Part shown: in pieces, positions 26,142 to 35,703 of the stretch
How the letters are laid out: each line of letters begins with the position of its first letter
Numbering within the stretch: the first letter of the stretch is position 1
From: Candidatus Versatilivorator sp.
Lineage (GTDB): Bacteria; Acidobacteriota; Terriglobia; Versatilivoradales; Versatilivoraceae
Assembly (NCBI GenBank): GCA_965198125.1
Contig: CBDAOQ010000003.1
Coordinates: 4,149,659 to 4,213,658, forward strand
DNA: 64,000 nucleotides
Direction of reading: 5' to 3'
Program-made: the position numbers and the translations under genes
The notes under the pieces: generated by a model
Seen by the model: the letters and a program-made list of their open reading frames with translations, nothing else
Databases searched by the model: none
What the model was told of the DNA's origin: nothing

Positions 26142-28206
26142 CAGGGTCCTTTCATGCTGTTCTTCTAACGTCGACTCCCTTATGAGACCGTATTGGGCCA
26201 AGAATGGGTGAGACTGGTAGAGTTTCGGGGGGATGACAGGCTGATTGGAGTGGTTTGGAGGTGCCTGGACCCAGGTCCGGGCCTTGCAGGCCCAGTGGAG
26301 CGCGGGCATCGGGCCTGCCGGCCCGGCTCGGTCCCTCTCGCCGGGCTCAGTCGGCGAGGATCGTCGCCAGCGCGGCCTCCCGGTGCTGCTGATAGTGGTC
26401 GATCGATTCCGGCACGTTGGCGAATCCGGCGTGGAGGACGATCGCCAGCGCGGCGTTGGAGATGGTGGCGTTGTTGGCCGGCCCATGATGGGTATGAATC
26501 CGGCTCTGGTCTTCTCCGTAAACCGTGTCGCGGCGGTAGTGGTTGCGGTTCTCGATGCTCCAGTGGCCGCGGTTCCACTCCAGCAACTGGGCGGCGTCGG
26601 CCTGCTGCGGGCCTGCCGAGGTGATGCCGTAGGCGAAGCTGACGGTCTCGACGCCCTCCTTGATGAGGTAGCGTTTCCGGGTCACTCGGAAGGCTTGTTT
26701 CGCATGGGAGAAGGGCAACAGGCCCGGCGGCGGACAGAAGGTGTCGATCCTGCGCGTCTCGATTCGTCCGTGCCCCTTCTCCGGGCCTTGGGTCGCCTGA
26801 GGCCGTGAGCGACTCTCCCAGTCCACCGTCTCCAGCATCCGGCAGGTCTCCGGGCAGTTGTTCTTCACCGTCAGCAGGTAGTGGGCTCCATGCTGCTCGA
26901 CCAGGGCCCGCTCGGTGTCGCGGCAGGTGTGCAGGGCGTCGAGGGTGACCGTGCGCCCGCGCAGGTCGACCTCCTCCAGCAGCGCCCGCACCGCGGCAAC
27001 CTCCCCGCCCTCCTCGCCGAAACTGTGGCTCGCTACCGGAAGCCCCGAACCGTGTTCCACCAACGTCACCGTCTCCCAGCGCCGCTTCCCCTGCGCGTGA
27101 CGGTTCGCCCCGCAAATCCGCTTGCCGTCCCCGGCAAAGGCCGTCCCCTCCCGGCAGCGTGGAGCCGTCCAGCGCTGCACCTGCCGCGCCAGAGAATCCG
27201 GGCCCGTGTGTGCCAGGACCCGGTGGATGGTCGCCAGCGATGGCGGAACCCAGCAGTTCGCCTTGGGGTCGAACCAAGTGCCCAGTACCCGCAACTCTTC
27301 TTGCGTCAATGACTTCGCAAACCGTGCCGTCTCCGTCGGTCCCACCTTCCCGGCCAGCCGCGCCAGCACGCAGATCGACACCACCGCCGCCATCCGGTGC
27401 TTGCGCCCCTGCGCCCGCCGGAAGTCCTCTACCCCTTCCAACTGCCTCCGCAACGACTGCAACTCCCCCTTCCCGTAGTCCACTGCCACCCCCCGGCAGC
27501 CCCACTCCCGCCGGTCCTCCGGATCCCGCAACCGCTCTCGCGCATCCTCCCGCAACGGATACAGCAGCATTTCCTTCCGCTCCCCGTGCCGCTCGGTCCA
27601 GCTCCCGTTCGAGCGCCCATACCCCCGCGTCCGTCCCACCCGCTTCCAGTTCGAGGCCAGGTACACCGTCCCTTGGTACCGCTTCGGATCCACGAAGGTC
27701 TCGGCCAGCTCCAACCGGTGCCCCCAGGTCTGCTCCCAGTCCTCGCTCAGCCGCCGTAGATTGCGGCCCAATACGTGCGAGCCCAGGTTCTTGACTCCCT
27801 GCCCCTCCGGCAGAATCAGAAAACGCGTGTTGTTTCCGATTAAGTGCAGCCGGCGAAACTGCACCCCCTTGTGCCAACCCAGCCACCGGTCCCGCGGACC
27901 GCACTTGAAGGCTCCCCCCTGCCAGCCCACCAGCGCCACCCACCGGCCGTCCCACTCCGCTACGTAGCGCAGTCCCCGCCCTGCGAATTGCTTGAACCCC
28001 AGATAATGATGCTCCTCCATCAGTGCGTCCCAGCGCCGCCGCTCCTCCGGCCACGCCAACCGTACCTTTACTTCTTTCACCACCGGTCGGAACTCTCCAC
28101 ACTCTTTCGCCATGCCTCCATATATACAGAACTCTCCTCGAAAAAGCCAGCCCTTTTTTCTAACCTTGTACCTGCGTCACTTAGAACTCAGCATGAAATG
28201 GCCCTG
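26142..28206 (-). mobile_element. ISAs1-family insertion sequence (2065 bp) with 9-bp target-site duplication
   Basis: The ends CAGGGTCCTTTCATGCTG (26142-) and CAGCATGAAATGGCCCTG (-28206) match 16/18 as inverted repeats. GGGAGGCGG is directly repeated at 26133-26141 and 28207-28215. A single transposase ORF lies inside. Confidence 0.9.
26347..28113 (-). CDS. transposase: N-terminal DUF4338-like domain fused to an ISAs1-type DDE domain
   Basis: N-terminal part: HHYLGFKQFAGRGLRYVAEWDGRWVALVGW..NNTRFLILP..ETFVDPKRYQGTVYLASNW..GRTRGYGR. C-terminal part is collinear with H-repeat/ISAs1 transposases: GDGKRICGA, TLDALHTCRD, YLLTVKNN, HGRIETR, HWSIENRNHYRRDTVYGED. Confidence 0.85.
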   Translation of the reverse strand: MAKECGEFRPVVKEVKVRLAWPEERRRWDALMEEHHYLGFKQFAGRGLRYVAEWDGRWVALVGWQGGAFKCGPRDRWLGWHKGVQFRRLHLIGNNTRFLILPEGQGVKNLGSHVLGRNLRRLSEDWEQTWGHRLELAETFVDPKRYQGTVYLASNWKRVGRTRGYGRSNGSWTERHGERKEMLLYPLREDARERLRDPEDRREWGCRGVAVDYGKGELQSLRRQLEGVEDFRRAQGRKHRMAAVVSICVLARLAGKVGPTETARFAKSLTQEELRVLGTWFDPKANCWVPPSLATIHRVLAHTGPDSLARQVQRWTAPRCREGTAFAGDGKRICGANRHAQGKRRWETVTLVEHGSGLPVASHSFGEEGGEVAAVRALLEEVDLRGRTVTLDALHTCRDTERALVEQHGAHYLLTVKNNCPETCRMLETVDWESRSRPQATQGPEKGHGRIETRRIDTFCPPPGLLPFSHAKQAFRVTRKRYLIKEGVETVSFAYGITSAGPQQADAAQLLEWNRGHWSIENRNHYRRDTVYGEDQSRIHTHHGPANNATISNAALAIVLHAGFANVPESIDHYQQHREAALATILAD

Positions 28207-29850
28207 GGGAGGCGGCGGGAAGACAAGGGCATTTTGGTCACGGGATTCAGTTCGGCGAAGCCACTTTGCAGGGAACGATCCGCTTCGGAAGCCGGCCAGC
28301 ACCAGGACCAGGCTCAGGCCCAGGCAGAGGTAGGCGAAGATGTCTCCGTACAGGGAATAGAAGGTGAGCGATTGTCTGAAGCGGAACGGGCTGTCCAGCA
28401 CCGTTCGCCGGTGGAGTTCGGTTCCGGCCAGAACTCTTCCGAAGGGGTCGATGACGGCGCTGATCCCGCTGTTTGCAGCCCGCAAGAGATAGCGCCGGTT
28501 CTCGACAGCCCGCATGCGGGCCATCAGCAGATGTTGGTGGGGAGCAGCCGAATTGCCGAACCAGGTGTCGTTGGTGATGTTGACCAGAACCTCGGCCCCG
28601 TCCGCCACAAAGCGGCGTACCAGATCCGGCACCACCGCCTCGTAACAGATAAAGACTCCCACCTTTTCTCCGGATTCCAGACGGGAAACAACCACCCGGC
28701 TGCCGGGCTGATAGTCCCCTACCCCGGTGGAGATCTTCTCGACGAAAAAGAAAAGCCAGGACCAGGGAACGTATTCCCCGAATGGAACCAGATGCATCTT
28801 GTCATACTGTGCAATCAACTCCCCCTTGGGAGACACCGTTCCGGCGCTGTTGTAGGGACCGGTGTTGGAACCGGCGGCCCCCATCGGCCAGTCTACAAAT
28901 CCGAACAGCAGCGTGGATCCGGAAGCTGCAGCCAGCTCGTTCATCCTTTTCCGGAACGACGGGTCGTCATGATAATAAAACGGCGCCGGTGTCTCCGGCC
29001 AGATGACGAGCCGAACCTGGTGCGGTGCCGGGGCCATCGGGCCGGCGTCAGGGATGGTTTCCGAATCCTCGACCGGGGGGGATAGGGACAGCTCGACCAA
29101 CTCTTCCACGATTTGCGTTTGCGATTGTCGGTCCCAGGGCTGATCCAGAGCGATATGGGTCTGTACCAGTCGCGCATGCGCTTCCCGGGTGTTGCCGGCC
29201 TCCGCCGGTCTCATTCCCACCCAGACCAGACCGGCCACCATCGCCAAGGCGACGGGCAGGCCGCCGATGGCCAGCCTGGACCGGAAGAAACAGCCGGCGA
29301 TCAGAGTGTTGATCAGTACCACCAGAAAGGAGAGCCCATAGACTCCGGTGACGGTGGCAATCTGAGCCAGGTGGACCTCATCGGCCAACGCGTAGCCTGT
29401 CAGGCACCAAGGGAACCCTGTCAGGAGGTATCCCCGAAGGTACTCCGTGGAAACCCAAAGAAAGGGCGCCAGCAGGAAGCAGGACCCGGGAAGCCGCAGC
29501 GAAAGCCGGGCGAACCCCCAGGCGAACAGGCCCGGGAACAGTGCGAGGTAGACGATCAGCAAAGCAAACAGAAAAACGGCTCCGGACCAATGCATGTCGC
29601 TGTAACCCTGCAGTACGGCCAGGATCCAGTAGCAGCATCCGGAAAAAAAAGTGAGGCCGAAGATCCACCCCAGCAAGGCCGCCCGCTGCCAGGCAGTTTC
29701 CCGAAAGAGGGCAATCAACAGGGGAACCAGCGCAACCCAGCTCACCCAGGACAGGGAGAATTTGGGAAAGAGCAGGATCTGCAGGATGCCGCTGGCAACG
29801 GCCAGGAAAAGCTTTGGGCAAAGCCTGAAGCGGTACGGCCTAGCCCGCAT
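28177..29850 (-). CDS. lnt: apolipoprotein N-acyltransferase
   Basis: Multi-TM N-terminus and a CN-hydrolase domain (YDKMHLVPFGEYVP, ICYEAV, NITNDTWFG, RAVENRR). The ATG lies inside a family C terminus. The last 8 codons and the stop come from the IS end. Confidence 0.9.
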   Translation of the reverse strand: MRARPYRFRLCPKLFLAVASGILQILLFPKFSLSWVSWVALVPLLIALFRETAWQRAALLGWIFGLTFFSGCCYWILAVLQGYSDMHWSGAVFLFALLIVYLALFPGLFAWGFARLSLRLPGSCFLLAPFLWVSTEYLRGYLLTGFPWCLTGYALADEVHLAQIATVTGVYGLSFLVVLINTLIAGCFFRSRLAIGGLPVALAMVAGLVWVGMRPAEAGNTREAHARLVQTHIALDQPWDRQSQTQIVEELVELSLSPPVEDSETIPDAGPMAPAPHQVRLVIWPETPAPFYYHDDPSFRKRMNELAAASGSTLLFGFVDWPMGAAGSNTGPYNSAGTVSPKGELIAQYDKMHLVPFGEYVPWSWLFFFVEKISTGVGDYQPGSRVVVSRLESGEKVGVFICYEAVVPDLVRRFVADGAEVLVNITNDTWFGNSAAPHQHLLMARMRAVENRRYLLRAANSGISAVIDPFGRVLAGTELHRRTVLDSPFRFRQSLTFYSLYGDIFAYLCLGLSLVLVLAGFRSGSFPAKWLRRTESRDQNALVFPPPPQGHFMLSSK

Positions 29851-30085
29851 TTCTCACCGGGGGGCATGACAATGGCGCAGGAATTTTTCCCTCAGCGCGT
29901 GCTCGCGAGCGAAGAGCGTAGCGGGGACTACGTTCGAGGGAGCATGTGCGCGCTGAGGGAAAAAGGACAAGCCAGGGCGGGCCCAGCGCCGTCTGTACCC
30001 GCATGCCCTCCAATAAGGGCCAGTAAGGTATTGAAGATAAACGGTTTTTCATAATGGTTCCAGCGGCCCGGTGAGAAATGCGGGC
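29843..30085. mobile_element. family C element, 243 bp
   Basis: Termini GCCCGCATTTCTCACC (29843-29858) and GGTGAGAAATGCGGGC (30070-30085) form a perfect 16-bp TIR. An internal perfect 16-bp inverted repeat pairs TTTTTCCCTCAGCGCG (29884-29899) with CGCGCTGAGGGAAAAA (29949-29964). Confidence 0.9.
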
Positions 30086-30152
30086 TGGGGGAAGGAAACA
30101 CGCGGCGCCTTCAGAAAGGGGAGCATCCGGGGGGGGGCTGAAGCCATGCGCT

Positions 30153-30836
30153 TCACTGGCGTCGCATAATCGATTCGTAGCCGTCCCGGGCCAACCGAGC
30201 CTTAACCTGGGATGTTTTCCGGGCGCTGCGGAATGGACCGACCTTGACGCGGATCCACGCCGGGGTTTCCGATTTCGACGGAGCGACGACCACCACAGGG
30301 TATCCCTTGCCCCGCAGCTCGGCGGCCAGGCGATTGGCATCGGCCCGGTTCCGGAGGGCTGCCACTTGCAGGTGGAGCAGGCTTCCGCTGCCGGACGGGG
30401 AGCGGGACGGGGTCCTTCGAGCCTTGGACGGCTGCCGTGCCGCTTTCCGATTCTTCTCTTCGGAGGAGCGGGGCCTGAAGTTCTCATCGACACTCTGATC
30501 CTTAACGGCACTGTAGAAGTCCAGTTCCTTTCGAAAGTCCGGCGGATTTGCGGGATCCGGCTTGGCAGACGCCGGCCCGGCCGGCTGGTCTGGAGGCGTT
30601 GCCCGGATTCCTCCTGTTGCCGCCGGTGGGTTCACCGCCCCCGCCGAAGCCCCCGATGCCTGCAGGTCGGGCTGCAGCCCATCGCCGACTGCCAGGGGTG
30701 CCTCCCCGGCCTGCCCCCGCCCCAGCCAGAAACCCAGAGAAAAGAAACTGGCGCAGATCAGGACTGAGCAGAGAAAAAACAGCAGCAAGTGCCGGTTATC
30801 CAGTCGCAGTTCCTTGTTTTCAGGACTCCTCTCCAT
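30153..30836 (-). CDS. SPOR domain-containing membrane protein
   Basis: One N-terminal TM helix, a Pro/Ala-rich linker, and a C-terminal SPOR-like fold (LHLQVAALRNRADANRLAAELRGKGYPVVVV..WIRVKVGPF). Confidence 0.8.
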   Translation of the reverse strand: MERSPENKELRLDNRHLLLFFLCSVLICASFFSLGFWLGRGQAGEAPLAVGDGLQPDLQASGASAGAVNPPAATGGIRATPPDQPAGPASAKPDPANPPDFRKELDFYSAVKDQSVDENFRPRSSEEKNRKAARQPSKARRTPSRSPSGSGSLLHLQVAALRNRADANRLAAELRGKGYPVVVVAPSKSETPAWIRVKVGPFRSARKTSQVKARLARDGYESIMRRQ

Positions 30837-30918
30837 GAATGTTCCTCCGGACCGGAACTGCCGTTCCCCATTGGGGAAAATCGACCCGCAGCCGTCCGAT
30901 CCTCGAACAGGTCCCCCG

Positions 30919-31680
30919 CTATTTCTTCAGAAAAGGTTCCAGGATGTCGATGGCCAGCGGGAAAACCAGGGTGGTGTTTCTCTCGACTCCGATTTCGGTC
31001 AGGGTTTGCAGATACCTCAACTGCAGAGCTATCGGTTCCCGCGCCACCACCTCGGCGGCCTGAGCCAGCTTTTCCGAAGCCTGATACTCCCCATCGGCGT
31101 GAATGACCTTGGCCCGTCGTTCTCGTTCCGCTTCGGCCTGTTTGGCCATGGCCCGCTGCATTTCCTGGGGAAGGTCCACCTGCTTTACCTCGACCGTTCC
31201 AACCTTGATGCCCCAGGGATCGGTGTGCTGGTCCAGGATACTTTGCAACCGGACATTCAAGGTCTCGCGCCGGCTGAGCAAATCGTCCAAAGACACCTCA
31301 CCGAGGACGGAGCGGAGAGTGGTTTGGGCAAGCTGAGAGGTGGCATAGAGATAGTTCTCAACCTCAACCACCGCCCTCACGGGGTCCATGACTCGAAAAT
31401 AGACAACGGCATTGACCTGGACGGTAACGTTGTCGCTGGTGATGATGTCCTGCGGCGGTACATCCAGAGTTACAACTCGCAGCTCCAATTTGACGATTCG
31501 GTCAATGGGCCACCACACGATGATGAGACCGGGACCCTTGGGCTGCGGCAACAGTCGTCCCAGGCGAAAGATGACTCCTCGCTCATATTCCCGCAACACC
31601 TGAAGCGAGTTGAAAAGCACGACCGCTACCAGCAACAATCCAAAGAGACCCGGGACGGAAATGAAATCCAATTCGAACAT
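30919..31680 (-). CDS. SPFH/band-7 (stomatin-like) protein
   Basis: [42 protein letters not shown], and a coiled [11 protein letters not shown] tail. Confidence 0.9.
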   Translation of the reverse strand: MFELDFISVPGLFGLLLVAVVLFNSLQVLREYERGVIFRLGRLLPQPKGPGLIIVWWPIDRIVKLELRVVTLDVPPQDIITSDNVTVQVNAVVYFRVMDPVRAVVEVENYLYATSQLAQTTLRSVLGEVSLDDLLSRRETLNVRLQSILDQHTDPWGIKVGTVEVKQVDLPQEMQRAMAKQAEAERERRAKVIHADGEYQASEKLAQAAEVVAREPIALQLRYLQTLTEIGVERNTTLVFPLAIDILEPFLKK

Positions 31681-31695
31681 GAGTGCCCTCCTTTT

Positions 31696-32997
31696 TCAGC
31701 TCGAGGCAGTCCCGGGACCATTTTCCCGGGTCACCCTGACGTGGAGCCCCTCGACCGCTACCACCCGGATGCGGTTGCCGGACTCGATGGGCTGGGAACT
31801 GCTGGCCTGCCAGATCTCGCCGTGGACCCGCACTTTGCCCTGGGCGCCGATATCGGTCAAAGCCGTCCCGACCTCGCCGACCATGCCCTCTTTGCCCGTC
31901 ACTGACTTGTTGCGGTGGGCCAGAAGGACCAGCCTCATGAGAAAGACGGTGATGGCGGCAAAGGGGAGGGTGATTCCCAGGGCGGTGACCAGCTTCACCC
32001 GCATTTCAGGGAGGGGTGAATTGATGAGAATCAGGGAACCCAGAACCATGACGGCAATTCCCAGAGTGGCCAGCAGTCCGTAACTGGTCATCTTTGCCTC
32101 CAGCACAAAAAGAACGATGGCCGCCAGAATCAACACGACTCCCAGGAGGTTGATGGGCAGGATGTTGAATGCCACCAGCGCCAGGAAGACGCAGACGCCG
32201 CCAGCCACCCCGGGAAAGATCAGACCCGGATTGCTGAACTCGATATAGAGTCCAAGGAGGCCGATCAATCCCAGAATCAGTGCAATGTTGGGGTTCAAGA
32301 CTTTTGAGAGGACCTTTTGGCGGACCGTCATTTCAATCGCCTTCAGGTGCTCGTCCCTCAATTGCAGGACCTGTTTTTGCCCGTCAAAGCGCTGGATCTC
32401 CTGCCCGTCGAACTTGGTGAGAATCTCGTTCAGATCCTGAGCGATGCCGTCGATGAGATTGCCCTCCCGCGCCTCTTCTTCGGTGAAGGACACGCTCTCC
32501 AATACCCCTTGCTCCGCCAATTCGGTGTTGCGTCCGCGCTTGGCCACGAAACTGCGGATATAGGCGGCGGCATCGTTTTCCACCTTTTTCTGCATGACTT
32601 CGTCCATCTTGCCCCCACCCAGAGGTACGGGATGAGCGGCTCCGGTGTTGGTGCCGGGAGCCATGATGGCCAGATCGCCGGACAACAGGATAAAGAATCC
32701 TGCCGATGCGGCTCTGGCGCCGCTGGGCCCGACAAAGATCAGCACCGGAATTTTTGACCGCAATATCTTCTCGATGATTTCCCGCATGGAAGCGTCGAAA
32801 CCGCCCGGCGTACTCATCTGGATGATCACGGCAACGGCGCCTTCCTCCTCTGCCTGTTCCAGGCCTCGGGTGACGTACTCCGCAATGACGGGGTGAATCA
32901 CATCGTCGATCTCCAGAGTGAACACGACCGCCTCGGCCGAGGGAATGCAGGCCGCCAGAATCGCCAGCAAAACCACCCCGAAACCCTGTCTCGTCAT
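31696..32997 (-). CDS. NfeD-family membrane-bound ClpP-class serine protease
   Basis: Signal peptide, ClpP-like domain (GPSGARAASAGFFILL), several TM helices, and a C-terminal OB (NfeD) domain. It sits upstream of the stomatin gene as in the classical pair. Confidence 0.88.
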   Translation of the reverse strand: MTRQGFGVVLLAILAACIPSAEAVVFTLEIDDVIHPVIAEYVTRGLEQAEEEGAVAVIIQMSTPGGFDASMREIIEKILRSKIPVLIFVGPSGARAASAGFFILLSGDLAIMAPGTNTGAAHPVPLGGGKMDEVMQKKVENDAAAYIRSFVAKRGRNTELAEQGVLESVSFTEEEAREGNLIDGIAQDLNEILTKFDGQEIQRFDGQKQVLQLRDEHLKAIEMTVRQKVLSKVLNPNIALILGLIGLLGLYIEFSNPGLIFPGVAGGVCVFLALVAFNILPINLLGVVLILAAIVLFVLEAKMTSYGLLATLGIAVMVLGSLILINSPLPEMRVKLVTALGITLPFAAITVFLMRLVLLAHRNKSVTGKEGMVGEVGTALTDIGAQGKVRVHGEIWQASSSQPIESGNRIRVVAVEGLHVRVTRENGPGTASS

Positions 32998-33388
32998 GCG
33001 AATCTCCGCGAACTGAATTCAGGAATCACTTGGAATTTCGGGAACTCCCCTGCCCGGAAAACCGGGGAACCGCCTCACTCGGCGACGGCAGCGCAACCAT
33101 GAGGTTGATCGACCTGGCGCCAACCGTAACCCTCGCCGAGTCCTATATAAAGACAGGCCCTCACCCGAACGCCCCTTTTGACTCCGAATTATAACAGAGT
33201 TCCCCACCGGTTACCGGCCGATCTGGAACGGCACCCGTACACCCGCAGCCTCCGGTGAAAGGTGGGGTTAGGACCGGGAAGTTCCCTGACCGCCGGAGGT
33301 AAGGGGAATCAGTTGCCGGTTTTTGGATTAGAATCGATAAAGATATTTTGGTGGCAAGGATCGGTTGGATTGCAAGGTGACTCTTCGG

Positions 33389-34969
33389 ATGTCGGCTAGG
33401 ACGGTAGTGGCGGGGCTCCTCGTCAGCGGTCTGCTGATCGGAAATACGGAGATCTATCTCTGGAGCGGCATGCCTCCCGCCGAGCCGCAGGAAACGGAGC
33501 GGTCCGATGCGGAATTGTTCCATCGGCGTCTGCAAGCCTACACGGCCGTGTTAAATCTCGTCGAAACCGGGTATGCGGAGCCGGTCGATATGAATCGCGC
33601 CATCGCCCGGTCGATTCAGCGTATGCTGAGCCGTCTGGACCCGCACTCCAGTTTTTACAACCCCAAGACCTTTCGCGAACTGCGCGCCTACCAGGGTGGC
33701 AACTATTCCGGAATCGGTGCTCGGGTGGCTCCGGTGGACGGACAATTGATGGTGCTCTCGACGACTCCCGGTTCACCGGCCTGGGAGTCTGGAATCCGAC
33801 CCGGGGATGTCATCCTCTCGGTTGACGGGGTCTCGAACAGGGACCGTCCGGGCGCGGAAGTGGTCCGGCTGTTGCGAGGAGCCCGTGGCACGCTGGTGGA
33901 GGTTTGGATTGAAAGGATGGGGGTCAACCAACCCTTACGGCTCAAGATCCGCCGAAAAGAGATTCCCGAACCCAGTCTGCCAGTTTGTTTTGCCATCCTG
34001 CCCGGGGTCGTTTACCTGCAACTGGTGGCCTTCACGGCCACCACCGAAGATGAAGTGGATCGATCCCTGGAGCGGTTCCAACCTGAATTGGAGGGTCTTG
34101 TTCTGGACTTGCGGGACAACAGGGGAGGGAATCTGCAAAGCGCCATCGGCGTTGCCGATCGCTTTTTGGATCTGAACCAGGTCATATTGGTCACCAAGGG
34201 GAGGCTTCCCGACTCCAATGTCGAATATCTGGCCACTCGCGGATATGATCGGGAGCCGTTTCCGCTGGTGGTCTTGATCAATGAGCGGACGGCCAGCGCG
34301 GCTGAAATACTGGCGGGAGCCATTCAGGATGCCCGGCGGGGAGTAGTGGTCGGAGAAAACAGCTTTGGAAAGGGACTCGTCCAAACGGTCTTTCCTCTGA
34401 GCGATGGCAGCGGGCTTTCTCTGACCACGGCCAAGTGGTTCACGCCCAACGGACGCATGATTCAGCGGAACTACAGGAATCGCTCTCTGTTGGAGTACCT
34501 GAAACGGGTCGGAAGGTTGGAGAGCGGCCGCTCTCCGGCACGTCCGCTGTTGGATCGCCTTCCCTCCGAGTCTGGCGAGGGTGGCATCCTTCCGGACGTT
34601 GTGGCTGAGTCGGCCCCATTGAGACCGTTTCAGCATCGCCTGTTGTCGCGCCGTCTCTTTTTTGCATTTGCCCGGGAATTCAAAGCCAAGTATCCGGTGC
34701 TTGCCGGCACGGCTATTGTCAGCCCTCTGGTGCTGCGGGAATTTCGTGACTTTTTGACGGTACGGGAACTGATTCACTCCGATCAGGAGTTCCAGGACCA
34801 CCTTCCCTTCATCCGGCGGAGTCTCCGTAGCCGTTTGTTGCTCCTCTCTCTGCAACCCGAGGAGAGCATGAAAGTAGAACTTGGGGGAGATCCCCAGGTG
34901 ATTCAAGCCTTGGCATCCCTGCCTCGGGCCAGATTACTCCTCACCCGGGCCAGATCCGGTGAGGATTAA
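33389..34969 (+). CDS. S41-family C-terminal processing peptidase (PDZ-containing)
   Basis: Start set to ATG 33389 (MSARTVVAGLLVSG signal). PDZ region (GSPAWESGIRPGDVILSVDG) and the S41 core (LRDNRGGN, SASAAEILAGA, GENSFGKG). Confidence 0.88.
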   Translation: MSARTVVAGLLVSGLLIGNTEIYLWSGMPPAEPQETERSDAELFHRRLQAYTAVLNLVETGYAEPVDMNRAIARSIQRMLSRLDPHSSFYNPKTFRELRAYQGGNYSGIGARVAPVDGQLMVLSTTPGSPAWESGIRPGDVILSVDGVSNRDRPGAEVVRLLRGARGTLVEVWIERMGVNQPLRLKIRRKEIPEPSLPVCFAILPGVVYLQLVAFTATTEDEVDRSLERFQPELEGLVLDLRDNRGGNLQSAIGVADRFLDLNQVILVTKGRLPDSNVEYLATRGYDREPFPLVVLINERTASAAEILAGAIQDARRGVVVGENSFGKGLVQTVFPLSDGSGLSLTTAKWFTPNGRMIQRNYRNRSLLEYLKRVGRLESGRSPARPLLDRLPSESGEGGILPDVVAESAPLRPFQHRLLSRRLFFAFAREFKAKYPVLAGTAIVSPLVLREFRDFLTVRELIHSDQEFQDHLPFIRRSLRSRLLLLSLQPEESMKVELGGDPQVIQALASLPRARLLLTRARSGED

Positions 34970-35505
34970 CCGGCATTCTGCAGGACGGCGTGGCCGGAAC
35001 CGAAACCAAGAGGAAGCCCAATTGAAACGCTGAGAGTTTTTCTCCCTCTGCGGCGATCCAGAGGCAGAAAATGAAGTCGGGGCCAATCACGATGTTTTTG
35101 GTCAAAGACTTGGTACGCATGCAGTTATTGTTAGAGATTGTCCCAAGTTTCTTGACCGCATCAAATCGGCCGCCAAGTCTAGGGGGTATGCGGTTGCTCC
35201 AATCCGGCGTGTCATGGGTCGCGGGACCCCAAGGAAACGCAGCACAGGGAAAATACGGGGCTCTTTTTTTCGCCAATCGGGGTGAAAATTCGGGATCGTT
35301 GGTAAACAGCTTTAACATGGCTCAAAACCCTCTCTCTTCCTCCCCTTGTGGTATATGTTGGTGTGATGACGAAAGACGCCGTGAGGCGAGCTCCCGCTAG
35401 CTCGATGCTGACGCGGATTGCTCCGATATCGGCGAAGAGCGCGCAGGCCTGTTGACAGAGGAATCTCTCTAACCCGCAATTCTCACCATGGTTCGCAGAT
35501 AAACG

Positions 35506-35703
35506 GTGAGAGGGGCATCGAGGCGTTTCAGGCCGGGTTTGCGAGGGTTGGGGGTCGAAGCGCAAGAGGGCGACGGCGAGCCCTTCGAGGCGACGATAGC
35601 TCGGCTCGCCGCCCAGATACGAGAGCAGCAGACCGAAGGAGCGACGCTGGACGCCGTCATCAAGGTCAATTTGGAGGCACTTGGGTTTGGAGGCGACCGA
35701 TGA
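35506..35703 (+). pseudogene. 3'-terminal remnant of a type I R-M methylase gene (hsdM)
   Basis: GEPFEATIARLAAQIREQQTEGATLDAVIKVNLEALGFGG resembles the coiled C-terminal tail of HsdM proteins. It ends in an ATGA overlap with the next gene. The upstream frame is closed by stops next to a family C motif at 35472-35487. Confidence 0.5.

Noticed and set aside
26180-28102. 640-aa ORF overlapping the ISAs1 transposase in another frame.
   Set aside because: The composition is Gly/Ala/Arg/Pro-dominated with no motifs. The other frame shows collinear DUF4338 and ISAs1 DDE motifs. This is a shadow ORF of a very GC-rich element.
34941-35318. 125-aa minus-strand ORF in the lower-GC gap after the S41 peptidase gene, together with 35071..35400 (+) and 35212..35565 (-).
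   Set aside because: No motifs. The ORFs overlap each other and the end of the peptidase gene, and the codon pattern is not convincing. The region is more likely non-coding debris next to the R-M remnant.
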